Positions 1 to 13,225 are shown, counted from the stretch's first letter. The stretch: DNA of 64,000 nucleotides from Hemiscyllium ocellatum (GCF_020745735.1 NC_083409.1:42118048-42182047), one strand, 5' to 3'. Numbers and translations are program-made. Notes: generated by a model from the letters alone, not told the origin.

Positions 1-769
1 TTTCCTCTGCCCAGGTCTGGAAAATCCTGGTAAAGACACCAGCTCCAGCTCCCGCTCATTCACTGACCCTTGTTAGGAAAGGGGATAAATTCAAAGGACC
101 TTCCATTGGGAGTGAGGGAATGTCGGGAAGAAGGAAGACTCAAATTTTGAAACAGAACAGAATTGATGACCTGACAGATGGAAAGTCTAATGATATCGTA
201 ATATTGCACAGGTCCTCAGTTGCAGACTGGAAGTAGGCAGCATGTGAGGAATTGGTAGCTGTTCACTGTGCTGCCATTGGCAGAACAGCAGGTGCACTGG
301 ATCTGAACAAAGGATCTCTGTTTCTGAGGTGCTACAGAACACTAGTGCTTCCTTGCACATGCCCAGTCCCCCTGAGCCACAATTTCATATCAAAATCCAT
401 TTGCGTTATTCAGAGTGAGTAAGCTTATGCCAGAGTTATATGTATAGTGAAAGAGGGGATTATCAGTTCCTGATGACACTGCCGCCTACACAGCCATCAG
501 GAAATCAATCCAGATATAGAGAGATGGCAAACACAAGTGTAATCATGAGAACGTCTTTTTGTTTAATTGGCTTTGCCACGGCATGCAGTGGAGCAGAAAT
601 GACCAAAATTGTGTCGCATGTCATCTGGTCATTAAAGAGCTTTCTACCTGCAGGGGAGCAGGCATATCCAGCAGAAATTGCAAAGTGAGGTGGACGGCAG
701 GTACAAATGACCCCTGCCATTAAGTCTATTTGCTAATGTCTGTCTCACTCAATAAAAGCCACAAGTCAA

Positions 770-1000
770 CAAAATTTGTAAAAAAAAAATTGGTGTGTAA
801 ATTCATGATGATCCCAACATGAAAATTAGACTCTGCAGCTTCCTCCGAAATGAGCTGCCACACTTCAGTTGTAAAGTCTGCACAATTATTTTCTTTAGCC
901 TTGCCAGTAATTACTTGATGATCTTTTACAGCCAATTGCTGCAGTTTCGATCTTTCTGCTGTGCTCCAATTAACAGCTTGCAGAATCTTTAAGGTTATGA
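770..1000 (-). pseudogene. Possible decayed Myb/SANT-like DNA-binding domain (Harbinger ORF1-type)
   Basis: ORF 726..1025 reads NWSTAERSKLQQLAVKDHQVITGKAKENNCADFTTEVWQLISEE. The spacing resembles Myb/SANT-like domains (NW/FS..E...L..L......I.GK........W..I.EE). Judged by eye only. Confidence 0.35.
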
Positions 1001-2210
1001 ATTTCCTTGCAACAGTCATTAACATCTCTGTGGATGTCAGAGTAACAATTCATCCTTCTAATGATTCGAGGTCATGCCTTTGCATTCTAATGTAGCAGTT
1101 GGAAAGATTTTGCTGCTTAGCATACATTCTTCCTTTACTGCATTTAATAACAAAATATATCGACTCCTTTGGCAGGAGATTCCTGGGGTTTCAGGACCTC
1201 CAGAACAGAAGCAAAGAGAAGTCCTGAGCTCACACTTGTCAGGAAAAAGGCCCAGGGCAGTGATTTTCCCAGCATGCCATTCAATTAGAAGACAGTTAGG
1301 ATATTAAGAAGGTACTTCAAAATGGAGGATGAAAGCAATTAAATGATTTAGAGGTTTCAAGCAGACAAACCATTCCAAAAGATTACCTCTACATGGAGCA
1401 AGGAAAGCATCCTGTGATTAGCAAATTTCCAACATGCCCTCTAATCTCCTCCAAAGGAGGACCCTCTGGTGGTCAGATTGCATCAGAAAGCCATCCTGCC
1501 GTAATCCCACCCATAATTTTCCGGTCCGGCCTCCACTCCTGCCACCCCAGGGCTTGTGTTGTTTTCCCCAACGTTGTTTAGCTTTCACTGCCAATGGCGG
1601 AACAATAAGTGTCACGTGCCTGGGTCAAATAAATAATTTTGATGGTTCAATGAGGTGATTTGCATAATACTAATTTCCATGAGTTTGAGTGGCTTAAATA
1701 TATGCTAACAGTATAATGAAATCTAGCAGAGCGGAAAATAAGATCTGATCAGTTAGATACCTACAGTAGAATTAACAACTCAAGCTACATCATACACCTT
1801 TACATCCAAAGATCTGATAATGTTGTAATTATCTATGCTCAGTCACCCAAACTTATACTTACAAATTATGTTATAAAATATATTTTCAAGAATAAGAAGC
1901 CTGTGAAAATATACAGATCGAAAACAAACCCCTTTCCACAGACTCACAAGTGAAGTGACACAGAGTTTCCTTGTTCACTGCCTGTAGCCAAAATGTTCAT
2001 GCATTTTTCACAATTAATGTTTTTGGAAACATACACAAATAATGTTTTAATTAGCCAGCACATCATTTATCTTCCAACGTTTCAACTTCCATCATTTGAA
2101 AGAGCATGAGAATACTATCACTCCAAGTTCCCAAACAAGTGACACTCAACTGACTAAGCCATAATTGACACACTATTGACTGTTCCTCCCCGCTCTTAAA
2201 ATCCCCTATA

Positions 2211-2422
2211 CAGTCAGTTCTTCTATAATGTGGTGGCTGTGTTGTTGCACAACGCCACGTGAGAGAAAAATCATGCTTTACAAACAGCACTTAAAGCGTT
2301 CGCAATGCAATCGCAAACACGCGCTTTAAAAACTTACGCTTTAGAAACAGCATCCCCCAATTCGTCAATCGAATTACAGTGAATTTGCGTTGATGGAACG
2401 CGCATTATAGTGGAATGATCTA
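2211..2422. mobile_element. pogo/Tigger-like (Tc1/mariner) MITE, family A
   Basis: TA-CAGTCAGTTCTTCTATAATG...CATTATAGTGGAATGATCTA-TA forms degenerate TIRs with flanking TA. The body aligns by eye with 34593-34806. Confidence 0.7.
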
Positions 2423-2859
2423 TATAACGTAATTGCGAGAGTGTAATTTATGACATGGACCGCAGTATTTAGAAAAGAAGACCACCGACACTTATTGATG
2501 TAATGAGAAATTGTCAGTAAATGCTAGCCTTGATGATGAATCCCAAATCAAAAAATGAAAACTCTGTATTAGAACATAAAACATAGTTCACTTCTCTGTA
2601 ATCACACTATGGGTAAACTTTTCAGTGAAAATGTTTTGTTCGGTGTGATTCAGGAAGCCTGACTCAGATGGCCATGTGATTTTCCACTCTCCGCCTCACT
2701 AATTACACAACCAGGCTCTGTGGAACCCTTCCTGCTCTACACTACCAGGACATTCCAGCTTTTAAGGCTCTGGAGCTATGGTTAAAACTTACTTGCTCAG
2801 CACTTCAGATGTTGCAAGCCAGGAATGGCGCCTCATACTGGTGCATAACTCTGTCCCAA

Positions 2860-3925
2860 CAAATGATATCCTTTGACATCCTGGTCAATCAAGAATCTAC
2901 CTGACTCAACACCTTAGAGATATTCAACCATCCTGCCTCCACTGGTCTCTGGGGAAGGGACAAATAACACTCAGAGAGGAATCATTCTCCTTACCTTATA
3001 AGAATTCCCTTGTTTTGAAACTCTGTCTCCTAGCTCTAGTCTCTCACTACAGAGAGAACCCTCTTCGATTCCACCTTGTCAACTCCCCTCAGGATCTTGT
3101 ACACCTTGATAAGATCAGCTTTCATTATTCAAAAGGCAAGTGTATACAGGCCCAACCTTTACTTATAAAGTAGTTGCCCACCCCCTCAGTAAATCTTATT
3201 TGAACTGCTTTTGATGCAATTATCCCTTCAAAACTGTGCACTTTTAAGTGCTTCAGATGTAGTTTCAACAAAGCTCTGTACAATTGTAGCAATCCTTGCC
3301 GCAAAATTTATAATAGGTTCCCCAATAAGCATCAATATTCAACAATATTGGGCAGCATGGTGGCTCAGTGGTTAGCACTACTGCCTCACACCATTAGGGG
3401 CTGGGTTTGTTTCCTGCCATGGGTGACTGTCTGTTGCAGTTTGCATGCTTTCCCTGTGTCTATGTGAGTTTCGTCCAGCTGCTCTGGTTTATCCCTACAG
3501 TCTATAAAGATGCGCAGGTTAGGTGGATTGGCCATGCTAAATTGCCCCGTAACGTCCAGGGATGTGCATGCTGGATGAGTATTCCATGGGAAATGTAAGG
3601 TTATGGGGGTGGGGTCAAGAGGATGTGTCTGGGTGGGATGCAGTAGGCAGACACAGTGGGCTGAATGACCTCTTACTGCACTGTACCGATTCTATAATAC
3701 TATTCAATTTACCATCCTAATCACTTGCTCACCTGCATATTATCTTTGTGTTTCATGTAGCAGGGTACCCAGATCCCTGTGTACCTCAGAGTCTGCAATT
3801 TCTCTCGATTTAAATGATAAGCTGTTTTTCCATTCTCCTGTCTAAAGTGTCTCCTGTCTCCTGTCCATATTTCCCCACATTATATTCTATCTACAAAATT
3901 ATTGCCCACTCATTTAACCCATTTA
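2860..3925 (-). mobile_element. Old CR1 LINE 3' fragment, split by a SINE
   Basis: Antisense CR1 ORF2 C-terminal motifs, e.g. ccaccttgtcaactcccctcaggatcttgtac and cccagatccctgtgtacc, on both sides of the SINE. Confidence 0.65.
3350..3696 (+). mobile_element. HE1-like V-SINE (tRNA-derived), diverged
   Basis: GGGCAGCATGGTGGCTCAGTGGTTAGCAC A-box head, central GATGCGCAGGTTAGGTGGATTGGCCATGCTAAATTGCCC, CR1-like tail. Confidence 0.85.
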
Positions 3926-5074
3926 TTCCTGGATTCAGTTTGTGTGCAACTTAGGAAGTACTGTGGAAAACCAAGGAGCTTGGAAAATACTGTTTACCCA
4001 GCTTTGGGAATGAGATACACAAAGCTGTATGTCTGAGTGTTAGTTCAGTGAATAATAATAAATATTGATTAAACGTTAAATGCAGAATCACAGTGAAGTT
4101 GGAGGAATCATAGATTCTGGTTGAGATGAATCAGAAAAATGCACCTTGCAGCTGGGTTCAAATCTGACCCAGTATAGGAAAGCAAAGTACTGGTGGTCAT
4201 AACGTGAGCAAATCTGAGCCTGGCTCAATGGGCCATAACACAAAACATCCCAGGTATTATTCAACCATCAGACTGTTATAAAGTAGAGGGAGCGCTACTC
4301 TTTATTTAACCCATACATATCTCCTAGTCACCCGGAGATACAGTCAAGACTCAGGATGCAATTGGCGTCCAGGTTGCAAGTCCTATTGCAGCCTAGGTCA
4401 TGACTCTATCTCCAGGAACACCCAGCAGCATAGAACACAATGCGATACAAACCAACTAGACTATCTTGTGTTGTGTTACATTGTTATCATCACTGCTAGT
4501 GTTAATTCATTCTTAATCTTCATAAGCTTTTGCCCATCTTCAAGAAATAATTCCCTCTCTTCCTCTTCAATGATGTGCAAGCATCTAGTCAACTTCTGTC
4601 AGGAAGAGAAAAGTGCTCCACCTCTACTTTGGAGCAGGAAGGCACTGAAGCCTCAGAGGATGTTCTAGCAAGGCTTTCATCTGCTCTCTCTACCAGCTCA
4701 GCGGCTTCTTCCTTGACAGATTGTCTCTGAAGATTAGAATCTGAAGTATGCTCTGGTGAGCACATCACTGACACACTGCTGTACTTAAACCATGCCAGGA
4801 AGGGAAGAAGTCTATCCCATTTTTTTTAGCATAAGAATCAGTACTTCAGAAACATAAATGATTAATACTGATTAACTGGGTATTGGTGATTGAAGCTGAA
4901 GAGTATAGAGAATTTTGTTTTGACATTCGATAAATAAGAAGTGGGTAACAGGGACTCACTAGTCCAAACTCCAGGGGAGCCAATGGAACATTCTCAGATC
5001 ACCACTCACTTTTATCAAGTCTACTTGATAAAACATATGACAAATCATAATTTATTATTAGATCTGGATTCTGG

Positions 5075-5230
5075 TACTACTGAGATTCAGCAGCATTTGT
5101 GGCCAGAGAACAGAATAAACATTTTGGGTCCAATGACCCTTCTCTCCACAAATGCTGCCACACCTGCTGAGTTTTCCCAGCAATTTCTGTTTTTCTTCCT
5201 GATTTCCAGCATCCATAGCTCATTGTTTTT
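5075..5230. mobile_element. Degenerate inverted Penelope pLTR remnant
   Basis: gcagcatttgtgg...ttttgggtccaatgacccttct followed by ccacaaatgctgccacacctgctgagttttcccagc. Similar to the 7238 and 21598 family. Confidence 0.5.
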
Positions 5231-5401
5231 TTTTCCTAATCAGTTAATATTGTTTACTTTATTAAAGTACTCACTTTATCGATTCCTTAACGTGAGTTTG
5301 AGAGCATAATTTCCTAAAGTTTAATTGTTGCTGTTTCTAAAATAAATCTGGTTCTTTGAAAAAAGAAGTTTGCTAAAACTGTTCATGGATTTCCTACTTA
5401 C

Positions 5402-5532
5402 GATCCCAGTAGATATTATTACTGAACAAGTCAGATTCCAGACTGAATTCTGATTAGATATATTATATTTTTTGGGGGATTTTTTTTTGGCTTTAACAAG
5501 ATGGTCTTTCACTGAAACCCAAGCATACGATG
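5402..5532 (-). other. Weak candidate exon (coding status unknown)
   Basis: Minus-strand donor ATC|GTAAGT after 5402, acceptor tttgcag before 5532 (alternative tttcag before 5511). One open frame SYAWVSVKDHLVKAKKKSPKKYNISNQNSVWNLTCSVIISTGI, with no recognised homology. Confidence 0.15.
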
Positions 5533-5931
5533 CTGCAAATTTGGTTTTAACAATAAATTAGACACTCAGTGCACATAGGAAGTAAAAATTGAACTGGAAT
5601 AACGATGCTATTTACATATAGCACAAATCTAAAGATTTTAAAACATGTGGTAAAATACAATCCCATTAATTCCAACGGCACTCCTTTACAACGCTCATGT
5701 CAGAGAGAATTCCCATCTCTAGCACATCTATAGAACAAAACACTAATACTTCAAACGCTTAAAATAGTTTCAGCATTAACAAAATAATTTTGAAAAAGAA
5801 GTTGATCTCAAAAGTGATTGGAGTAAGCCACAGCAGTTAATTATATTCTTCTATGTATAACTTTTATAAGAAAGCGGACTTCTGAAGAAGGGTCACTTAA
5901 CTCAATATTTACTCTGCTTTCTCTCTACAGA

Positions 5932-6444
5932 GGCAAAAGTGAGGACTGCAGATCCTGGAAACGAAAATTTAGATCAGAGTGGTGCTAGAAAGGCACAGCA
6001 GGTCAGGCAGCATCCGAGGAGCAGGAAAATTGACATTTCGGGCAAAAGCCCTTCATCAGGAACAGACGCAGGTAGCCTTCACGGTGGAGAGATAAATGGG
6101 GGGGAGGTAGCAAAGAGTACAATAGGTGAATGGGGGTGGTGATGGAGGTGATAGGTCAGAGAGGAGGGTGGAGGAAGGTAGCAAAGAGTACAATGGGTGA
6201 ATGGGGGTGGGGATGGAGGTGATAAGTCAGAGGGGAGAGTGGAGCAGATAGGTGGGAAGGGAGATTATCAGGTAGGACAGGTCATGAGGACAGTGCTGAG
6301 CTGGAAGGTTGGAACTGAGGTAAGGTGGGGCGGGGGGGGGGGGGTGTGGGTGGGGGGTCGGGGGGAGGAATGAGGAAACTGGTGAAGTCCGTACTGATGC
6401 CCTGAGATTGAAGTGTTCCGAGGCGGAAGCTGAGGCGTTCCCTG
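5932..6444 (-). mobile_element. Penelope-like element 3' fragment inserted into an older pLTR (5878-5931 and 6445-6500)
   Basis: Minus frame RERLSFRLGTLQSQGISTDFTSFLIPPP resembles the end of a PLE GIY-YIG ORF. The pLTR has a hammerhead core. TACAGA is duplicated at 5926-5931 and 6445-6450. Confidence 0.8.
6030..6063 (-). ncRNA. Minimal hammerhead ribozyme motif, CpG-decayed
   Basis: Minus strand: gttc CTGATGA A GGGC TTTT GCCC GAAA TG TC aa. The ACGT palindrome is mutated to ATGT. Confidence 0.55.
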
Positions 6445-6514
6445 TACAGATACTGGCAGACTTGCTGAGTGTCTCCAGCAATTTCTATTTCTGTGAGCAA
6501 GCTACACTAAACCA

Positions 6515-7215
6515 GGTAATGAGAAAGCGATAAGGTTATTAATGACCAAATAATGAAAGGACCCTTGGGGAGCAGTGATCATAATATGATTTGATTTTAC
6601 ATGCAGTTTAATATATTTTTTAATCAGAATTGACATTTCAGTCCAGTGACTATTCTTTGAGAACTCTTTTCTCAAGAAGTGTCACTGAACCAAAACTTTA
6701 ACTCTGTTTTCTCTCCACAGTTGCTGCCAGTCCTCCTGTGTTTTTGGAAAATGTTTGCCTTTGTATGTGACATATTTTGCGCTGATGTTCACTATGGAAG
6801 GTACAAATAACATCACAGAAATAGATGTAAATCAGGAAATGGAAGAGAGGGAGGAACTCTAGAAAATTACAACTGATTGTGAAGTGGCATTGAGCAAATT
6901 ACAGGCTCTTTGGGCCAACATTTCCTGGGTCCTGATAGACTTCACCCTGGTTCTTAAACAAAGGGGCTAATGAGATAGTGGATACATGGGCTTTAATCTT
7001 CCAAAATTCATAAAGGAATGGTGACAGAAAGCAGGAACCTACTGACTAGTTAGCTTATCAGCTAAAATAGGAAGGATGTTAGAAACAATTACTAACAACG
7101 ATATAGCAAGGGATTTAGAAAAATAAAACAAGTTAATCAGGCAGAGACAACATGGTTTTGTGAAAGGGAAATCATGTTTCATCAACAAATGGGGTTCTTC
7201 GAGAAAATAATACGT
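6515..7215 (+). mobile_element. Old CR1 ORF2 fragments interrupted by a degenerate inverted pLTR pair (about 6625-6750)
   Basis: ccttggggagcagtgatcataat (endonuclease LG.SDHN) and caacatggttttgtgaaagggaaatcatg (QHGFVKGKSC). Confidence 0.65.
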
Positions 7216-7237
7216 AAGTGCAGCATTTAATTAGTAA

Positions 7238-7750
7238 ATAAAAGCCAAAAGAAACGCAGCTGCTGCAAATCAGAAACTAAAACAGAAATTGTTGGAAAAC
7301 CTCAGCAGGTCTGGCAGCAGCTGTGCAGAGAAATCAGAGTTAATGTTTCAGGCTCAGTGACCCTTCCTCAGAACTGATGGTAGGTAGGAAATATTGGTTT
7401 ATAAGCAGAAGACAGTGTGCAGGGAGTGGGGGAGGTTAAGGAATAAACAATAAGTTAGGGTAGAGTCCAAAGACAGTTGGACAAAGGAGTGGGTAATGGT
7501 CTGGCTAGGAGGGTGAATAGCTATTACTGAGGACTGTGGAAGGGTCACCGGATCCAAAATGTTAACTCTGATTTTTAATCACAGGTGCTGCCAGACCTGC
7601 TGAGCATTTCCAACTATTTCAGTTTTTGTTTCTGATTTACAGTATCTGCAGTCCTTTCAGTTTTTATGTGATAACAAGACCTGGTGTGTGGGGGAAGGGG
7701 CTAGGACATGGGAGAGTCCAAGCCCTAAAGTTATTGAATTTGATATTCTT
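7238..7750 (-). mobile_element. Penelope-like 3' fragment with an internal inverted pLTR copy (about 7530-7667)
   Basis: pLTR at 7238-7375 with hammerhead core at 7338-7375 (agtt CTGAGGA AGGGTCACTGAGCCT GAAA CA TT aact). Reverse-complement copy at 7530-7667. ORF end (..KFNNFRA) near 7715-7745. Confidence 0.75.
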
Positions 7751-9430
7751 TGATTGGGAACAGAGACTGTGGTGAGCAACGGTAATCAACAGTGACTCTT
7801 AGTAGCGCGGTGCATAGTGAGATGACCAAAGATAGAAGAAAATTTCAGTCAACACAATAGACCAAGAACTATATGGTCCATCATCAGAGGCACTGCAGAC
7901 TGATATTATTACATTGTGAACTGAATGAATCTATTGCTTTTGAGCATCATTCTTTGTAGCTGTTAGCATAAATTCAATAAACTTTGTCAAACTCGTAGAA
8001 ACAATTTGTAACTAGAATGAGTCTTCTAAGTGAACAGGACTAATACTCCTTTTGAATTGCCTTTGTCAGTCCTATTTCTGTATTCAGTTTTGTACAGTTG
8101 TAATTGAATTAGATCTTACAATCAAAACTAAAGCAAAAACCCCAATCTTACACAGGGACTTGTGTTGAAATTATTTGATTGTCACATTTGCTGTACTCAC
8201 AATACACAGTTGTCATACAGTAACACTATATGGCTGATACAAATTTTGAGTCTCCTCATGCCTAGAATGATAAAGTTTTAACATCGTGTCATGAGATCAG
8301 TAAATTGCATAGAGAACTGAACCACTTACAAAGCATAGAGCCAGCACTAATGAGATATACAAGAACAATAGGCTGTGTTTCAGTTTGAATATGGCTCTAA
8401 TATGGTATTCATCTTGCAATCTCCCTGAGTATTTAAAATGATTGAAAGAAAATAAATATGATGAGGATCACTTTATAATTACTAGTCTCTATTGAGAATA
8501 ATCTCAGTTCATGTTAGTTCTGCATCATTTTCACCCACCAATGACTGTTGTTTTTTCAAAAACGTTGACTTTTCTTCTAGAAACTTCACATCCATTTGTA
8601 TGCATTTATTCAAGAAAGATTAACTGGAAGCTGACTTCTGTGCTTGCAATACCACTAAACACTGACAAGTAAAACATTTGAATAATGATTACTGCATGTG
8701 AAGCTGTCTCTTCTACAAATAAAGATACAACATAAGCTTTCAATAATCGATCTTAGCAGAAAAATCAACCTAATCTGAAAGTAAGCCAAGCCATTAAATA
8801 ATTGACTTTCTTAAACAACTGTTAGAAAAGCGTAGTTATAGCCAAGACTGGAATTACCACAAATTTATGAAGAATCTGGTAATAGTGGATGTGACACTAC
8901 CAAGCAATAACTTAAGTATCAAAGTGATAACACTTTAAAGAAATATTTTTGAAGAACTCAAAATTATGTTGAATTTTTTGAATATTGATTTTATTCAGCG
9001 ATCAAACCCTTTGCAGCTTCATTTGCTGAGAACATTCTAAACAAGTTTATATGAAAAAAGACAATAAATAAATTTGTTTCGATTTTTGGTGAGGGAAATA
9101 ATGAGCAGACAGCATGGGTATTGACAAACAGGCCACTTTCCATGACAATACATTTCAGAGTTTGGTTTTATTTATTACAAACAAAAGAGCCATTTCTGCA
9201 GTTCATTTCCATTCTTTCGCATGTGCTGCTATGCATAAACCAGCCGAGAGAGCAATAAGTTTCATATTTGCTGCCTTGCATTAGGTTACACTCCATGGGT
9301 TTGCTGTTGACCTGGGTGCGATCTTTACTTTTAATCTCTTTGGTTTGTTGAGGAAGATCTCTTGCTTGAAATGGTGAAGAGCATTAAATGTACTGTGGCT
9401 TAGCAGGCAATCAGTTAGCAAGACACTCAC

Positions 9431-9533
9431 CGCTGGAGTGTTTGCCAATACACAGTGGAATTCTGCTGCAGACAGAAAGACCAATTTGCTCGTCTTAGTT
9501 CTTTCTGTCTGTGCAGTAGCATTTGGAAATATG
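9431..9533 (-). other. Candidate exon (coding status unknown)
   Basis: Good acceptor tttttttccctcag| and donor GCG|GTGAGT, 103 nt. Two open frames (IFPNATAQTERTKTSKLVFLSAAEFHCVLANTPA or YFQMLLHRQKELRRANWSFCLQQNSTVYWQTLQ), neither recognised. Confidence 0.25.
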
Positions 9534-10019
9534 CTGAGGGAAAAAAATATTGACTTAAGGGAGCTGGATGGTATTTCAAATTGAATATGTTGGCCCAAGC
9601 CATACTTCTATTTTGTTATACAGAAGTTAGCTTGTTTTTGCATATTCTTCTTCTTCTGATAAAATACACCTATAATCAAAAGACCCAACACAGCAATAAT
9701 CCTGAGACATTTTGACAGTGGAACCTCTGGCTGTCAGAATTATTGGATTGCCTAGTATTTTGAGAATGTTGCTTCCTGGTGCTCATTAGAGTGAGTGACA
9801 GATGCTGTGCTGTGTAATGGAAAATAACATCAACTCCAGTTTAGTTGCACCTCTCTTGCTGAAGTATAGACATGTTGTTTTACCAGAAGCGTTGGATTGC
9901 TCTTTTTGAGCAACACAGCCTTTCCATCTCTAAAATCTGGGTCATCAATACCTCCGTTAGCAGCGCAAAGTATAAAAGTTGCCTTGGCATGATTTTCCAT
10001 TCCTTGAATAGACCTTTGG

Positions 10020-12557
10020 TGTGCACATGAGTGTGAGAGAGTGGCTTGACATGTGAAAGAGAGAGATAGAGAGAGAGAGAGTGGGTGAGTGAGTGTGAGA
10101 ATAAGAGAACATGTGTGTGTACATGTATGCATGCGAGTAAGAGACTGGTGTGACATGCAAGAGTGAGAGAGTAACAGTGAGAGAGAGTAAGTGTAAGCAC
10201 GTGAGAGTATGTGTAAGTGTGTGGGGGGGAGGTGTTTGCATGTCAGTGCGTGTGTGCGTGCATGACAGAAAATTACTGTGTGAGAGTATGTGTGAGTGTA
10301 AGAAACAGTGTGAGAGCTTGTGAGAGAGAGATTGTGAAAGAGAGTGTGTGAGTCTGTGAGTGACAGTGGGAAACTGTGTGTGAGAGACACTGAGAATGAG
10401 TGAAAGTGTGTGAGAGACAGCATGTGAGAGAGTGTGTGCGACTGTGTGAGAGACTGTGAGAGTGAGAGTGTGTGAGAAACAGTGTGAGTGTGTGTGAGTC
10501 TGTGAGAGACAGTGTGAGACTGTGTGTGAGTGTGTGTGACAGGGTGAGACAATGTGTGTGAGTGGGTAAGAGTGTGTCTGAGTGAGAGAGACAGTGTGAG
10601 AGATTTGTGAAAGAGTGTGTGAAAGAGAGTGAGAGACAGTGTGAGAGAGTGTGTGTGAGTGTCTGTGAGAGACAGTGTGAGGGAAGGTGTGTGTGAAAGA
10701 CACTGTGAGAGAATGTGTGTGAGTGTGTGCGTGAGAGACAGCATGTGAGAGAGTGTGTTTGTGTGTGAGTGTGAGAGAGTGAGTGATAATGTGAGTGTGA
10801 GAGTCTGTGAGAGACAGTGTGAGATTGTGTGTGTGTATGTCTGAGAGAGAGAGACTGTGTGTGAGAGACAGTGTGAGACAGTGTGTGAGAGTGTAAGCAT
10901 GTGTGTGAGAGACAGTGGGAGAGGGTGTGTGAGAGAGTGTATGAGGGTCTGTGAGAGACAATGTGAGGGAAAGTATGCGAGACTCTCTGTGTGTGTGTGT
11001 GTGTGTGTGTGAAAAAGACAGTGAGTAAGAGTGTCTGAGAGACAGCATGTGAGAGTGTGTGTGTGTGTATGAGACAGTGAGAGAGTGAGTGAGAGTATGT
11101 GAGAGACAATGTGAGAGAGTGTGTGTGAGAGAGACAGAGTATGAGAGAGAGAGTGTGTGAGAGAGTGTGTGAGAGAGAGTGTGTGAGAGAGAGTGTGTGA
11201 GAGAGAGTGTGTGAGACAGTGTGAGAGTGTGAGAGAGTGTGTGAGACAGTGTGAGAGTGTGTGTTAGGGTATATGAGAGACAGTGTGTAGGTCTGATGTG
11301 AGAGACAATATGAGAAACAGTGAGAATGTTTGCGTGTGTGTGAGTGAGTGAGAGGGAGACAGGGATTGTGAGAGAGTGTGTGAGTGTGTGTGTGTGTGTG
11401 AGAGAGAGTGAGAGAATGTGTGAGAGACAGTGTGTGTGTATATGAGAGACAGTGGGAGAGACAGTGTGTGAGTGTGTGTGTGTGTGAGAATGTATGAGAG
11501 AGAGAGAGAGACACAGTGTGTGTGCAAGTGTGAATACATGCGAGTGAGAGACACTGTGTGAGTGTGTGTGAGAGATAGTGTGACAGATAGTCTGTGTGAG
11601 AGACAGTGTGAGAGAGTGTGTGACAGTGTGAGAGACAGTGTATGAAAGAGAGTGTGTGAGAGACAGTGTGAGAGTATGTGAGACTGTGTGAGAATGTGTG
11701 TGAGATGGTGTGTGTGAGACAATATGAGTGTGTGTGAGACAATATGAGTGTGTGTGAGACAATATGTGTGTGTGTGAAACAGTGTGCATGTGTGAGACAG
11801 TGTGTGAGAGACAATGTGAGAGAGTGTGTGAAGGTATGTGAGAGACAGTGTGTGAGAGTCTGTGTGTGAGAGAGTGTGGGAGACAATGAGAGTGTTTGTG
11901 TGTATGAGTCAGTGAGGGAGAGTGAAACAGTGTAAGAGTGTGTGACAGTGTGAGAGAGAGAGAGTGTGTGAGAGAATGAGTGTGAGACAGTGCGTGAGAT
12001 AGTGTGTGTGAGACAGTATGTGAATGTGTGAGTATGTGAGAGACAGTGTGAGAGACAATGAGAGTGTTTGTGTGTATGAGTGAGTGAGGGAGAGCGAGAC
12101 AATGTAAGAGAGTGTGTGACAGTGTGAGAGAAAGTGTGAGAGACAGTATGTGAGTGTGTGAGACAGTGTGTGAGCATGTGAGAGAGTGTGTGAGAGACAG
12201 TGAAATAGTGTGTGAGGGTATGTGAGAGACAGTGTGTGAGAGTCTCTGTATGAGAGACAGTGAAATAGTGTGTGAGAGTGTGTGAGAGAGAGTGTGAGAG
12301 AATGAGTGTGAGACACAGTGTGTATGTGTGAGAGACAGTGTGACAGTGTGTGAGAGACAGTGTGTGTGTGAGACTGTGTGTGTGTGAGAGAGTGCGTGAG
12401 AGATTGTATATGTGTGTGTGAATGTGTGAGATTGAGAGAGAGAGAGTGCGTGTGTGAGAGAGAGACAATGTGTGAGAGACAGTATGAGAGAGTGTGAGAG
12501 TGTGTGTGAGAGACAGTGTATGAGAGACACAGTGTGTGAGGAACTGTGTGACAGTAT

Positions 12558-12623
<66 letters not shown>

Positions 12624-12647
12624 ATGTGAGTGTGTGAGAGACAGTGT
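10020..12647. repeat. 2.6-kb compound (GT/GA) low-complexity satellite with recurring GAGACAGTGT words; pure (GT)n at 12560-12622
   Basis: Directly visible. It generates the spurious H/T/L/S-rich ORFs of 356-857 aa. Confidence 0.95.
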
Positions 12648-13225
12648 ACATCTCCTACTGGAATCAATAGAAAATCCACAGATATACTGCCTGGCCTGCT
12701 GAACATTTCCAGTATTTCCTGTTCTATTTCAGATTTCTCACATCTCGGTAGTATCTCACTTTGATACTTTTGTAGGTATCAATCCTGGAAAAGGTGGAGT
12801 TTGAGTGTTTGTAAAGAAACTTTCTTTGCCAGCTTGAGGACAGCTTCTCTTGCAGAGCTGCTGGAATGAAATCTTTCAAAAACAAGGAAGGAAGCAGCAT
12901 AGGAAGCGTAGGTGCAATCAAATCTCCAAACACTGCAAGCAATCAAAAGTTCTTGCCTTTAAGTTATTTCTTAGCTCCATCCAAATGGATTCCACTACCC
13001 CATTTTATAAGATCTATCCCTGCTACGGTGATTATCCCTTCCTTTATGATGGTCTGTTTGAATGCCAAATTGGGAAAATGCAGGTCCTGGTAAAACCTGC
13101 GATGTCTACTCTTTGAAAACAAAAGCAGCTCTAAGTAAGATAGACCCGACAGTAGTGTTACTTAAACTACAAAGGAAAGCACTCCACTTGCGAGCAAACA
13201 AAATCTATTGAATTTCTTCTTCGGT

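Noticed and set aside
9830-12706. Long ORFs of 356, 857, 792 and 265 aa
   Set aside because: They are translations of the CA/CT low-complexity strand, which rarely forms stops. Several frames are open at once and the composition is H/T/L/S only.
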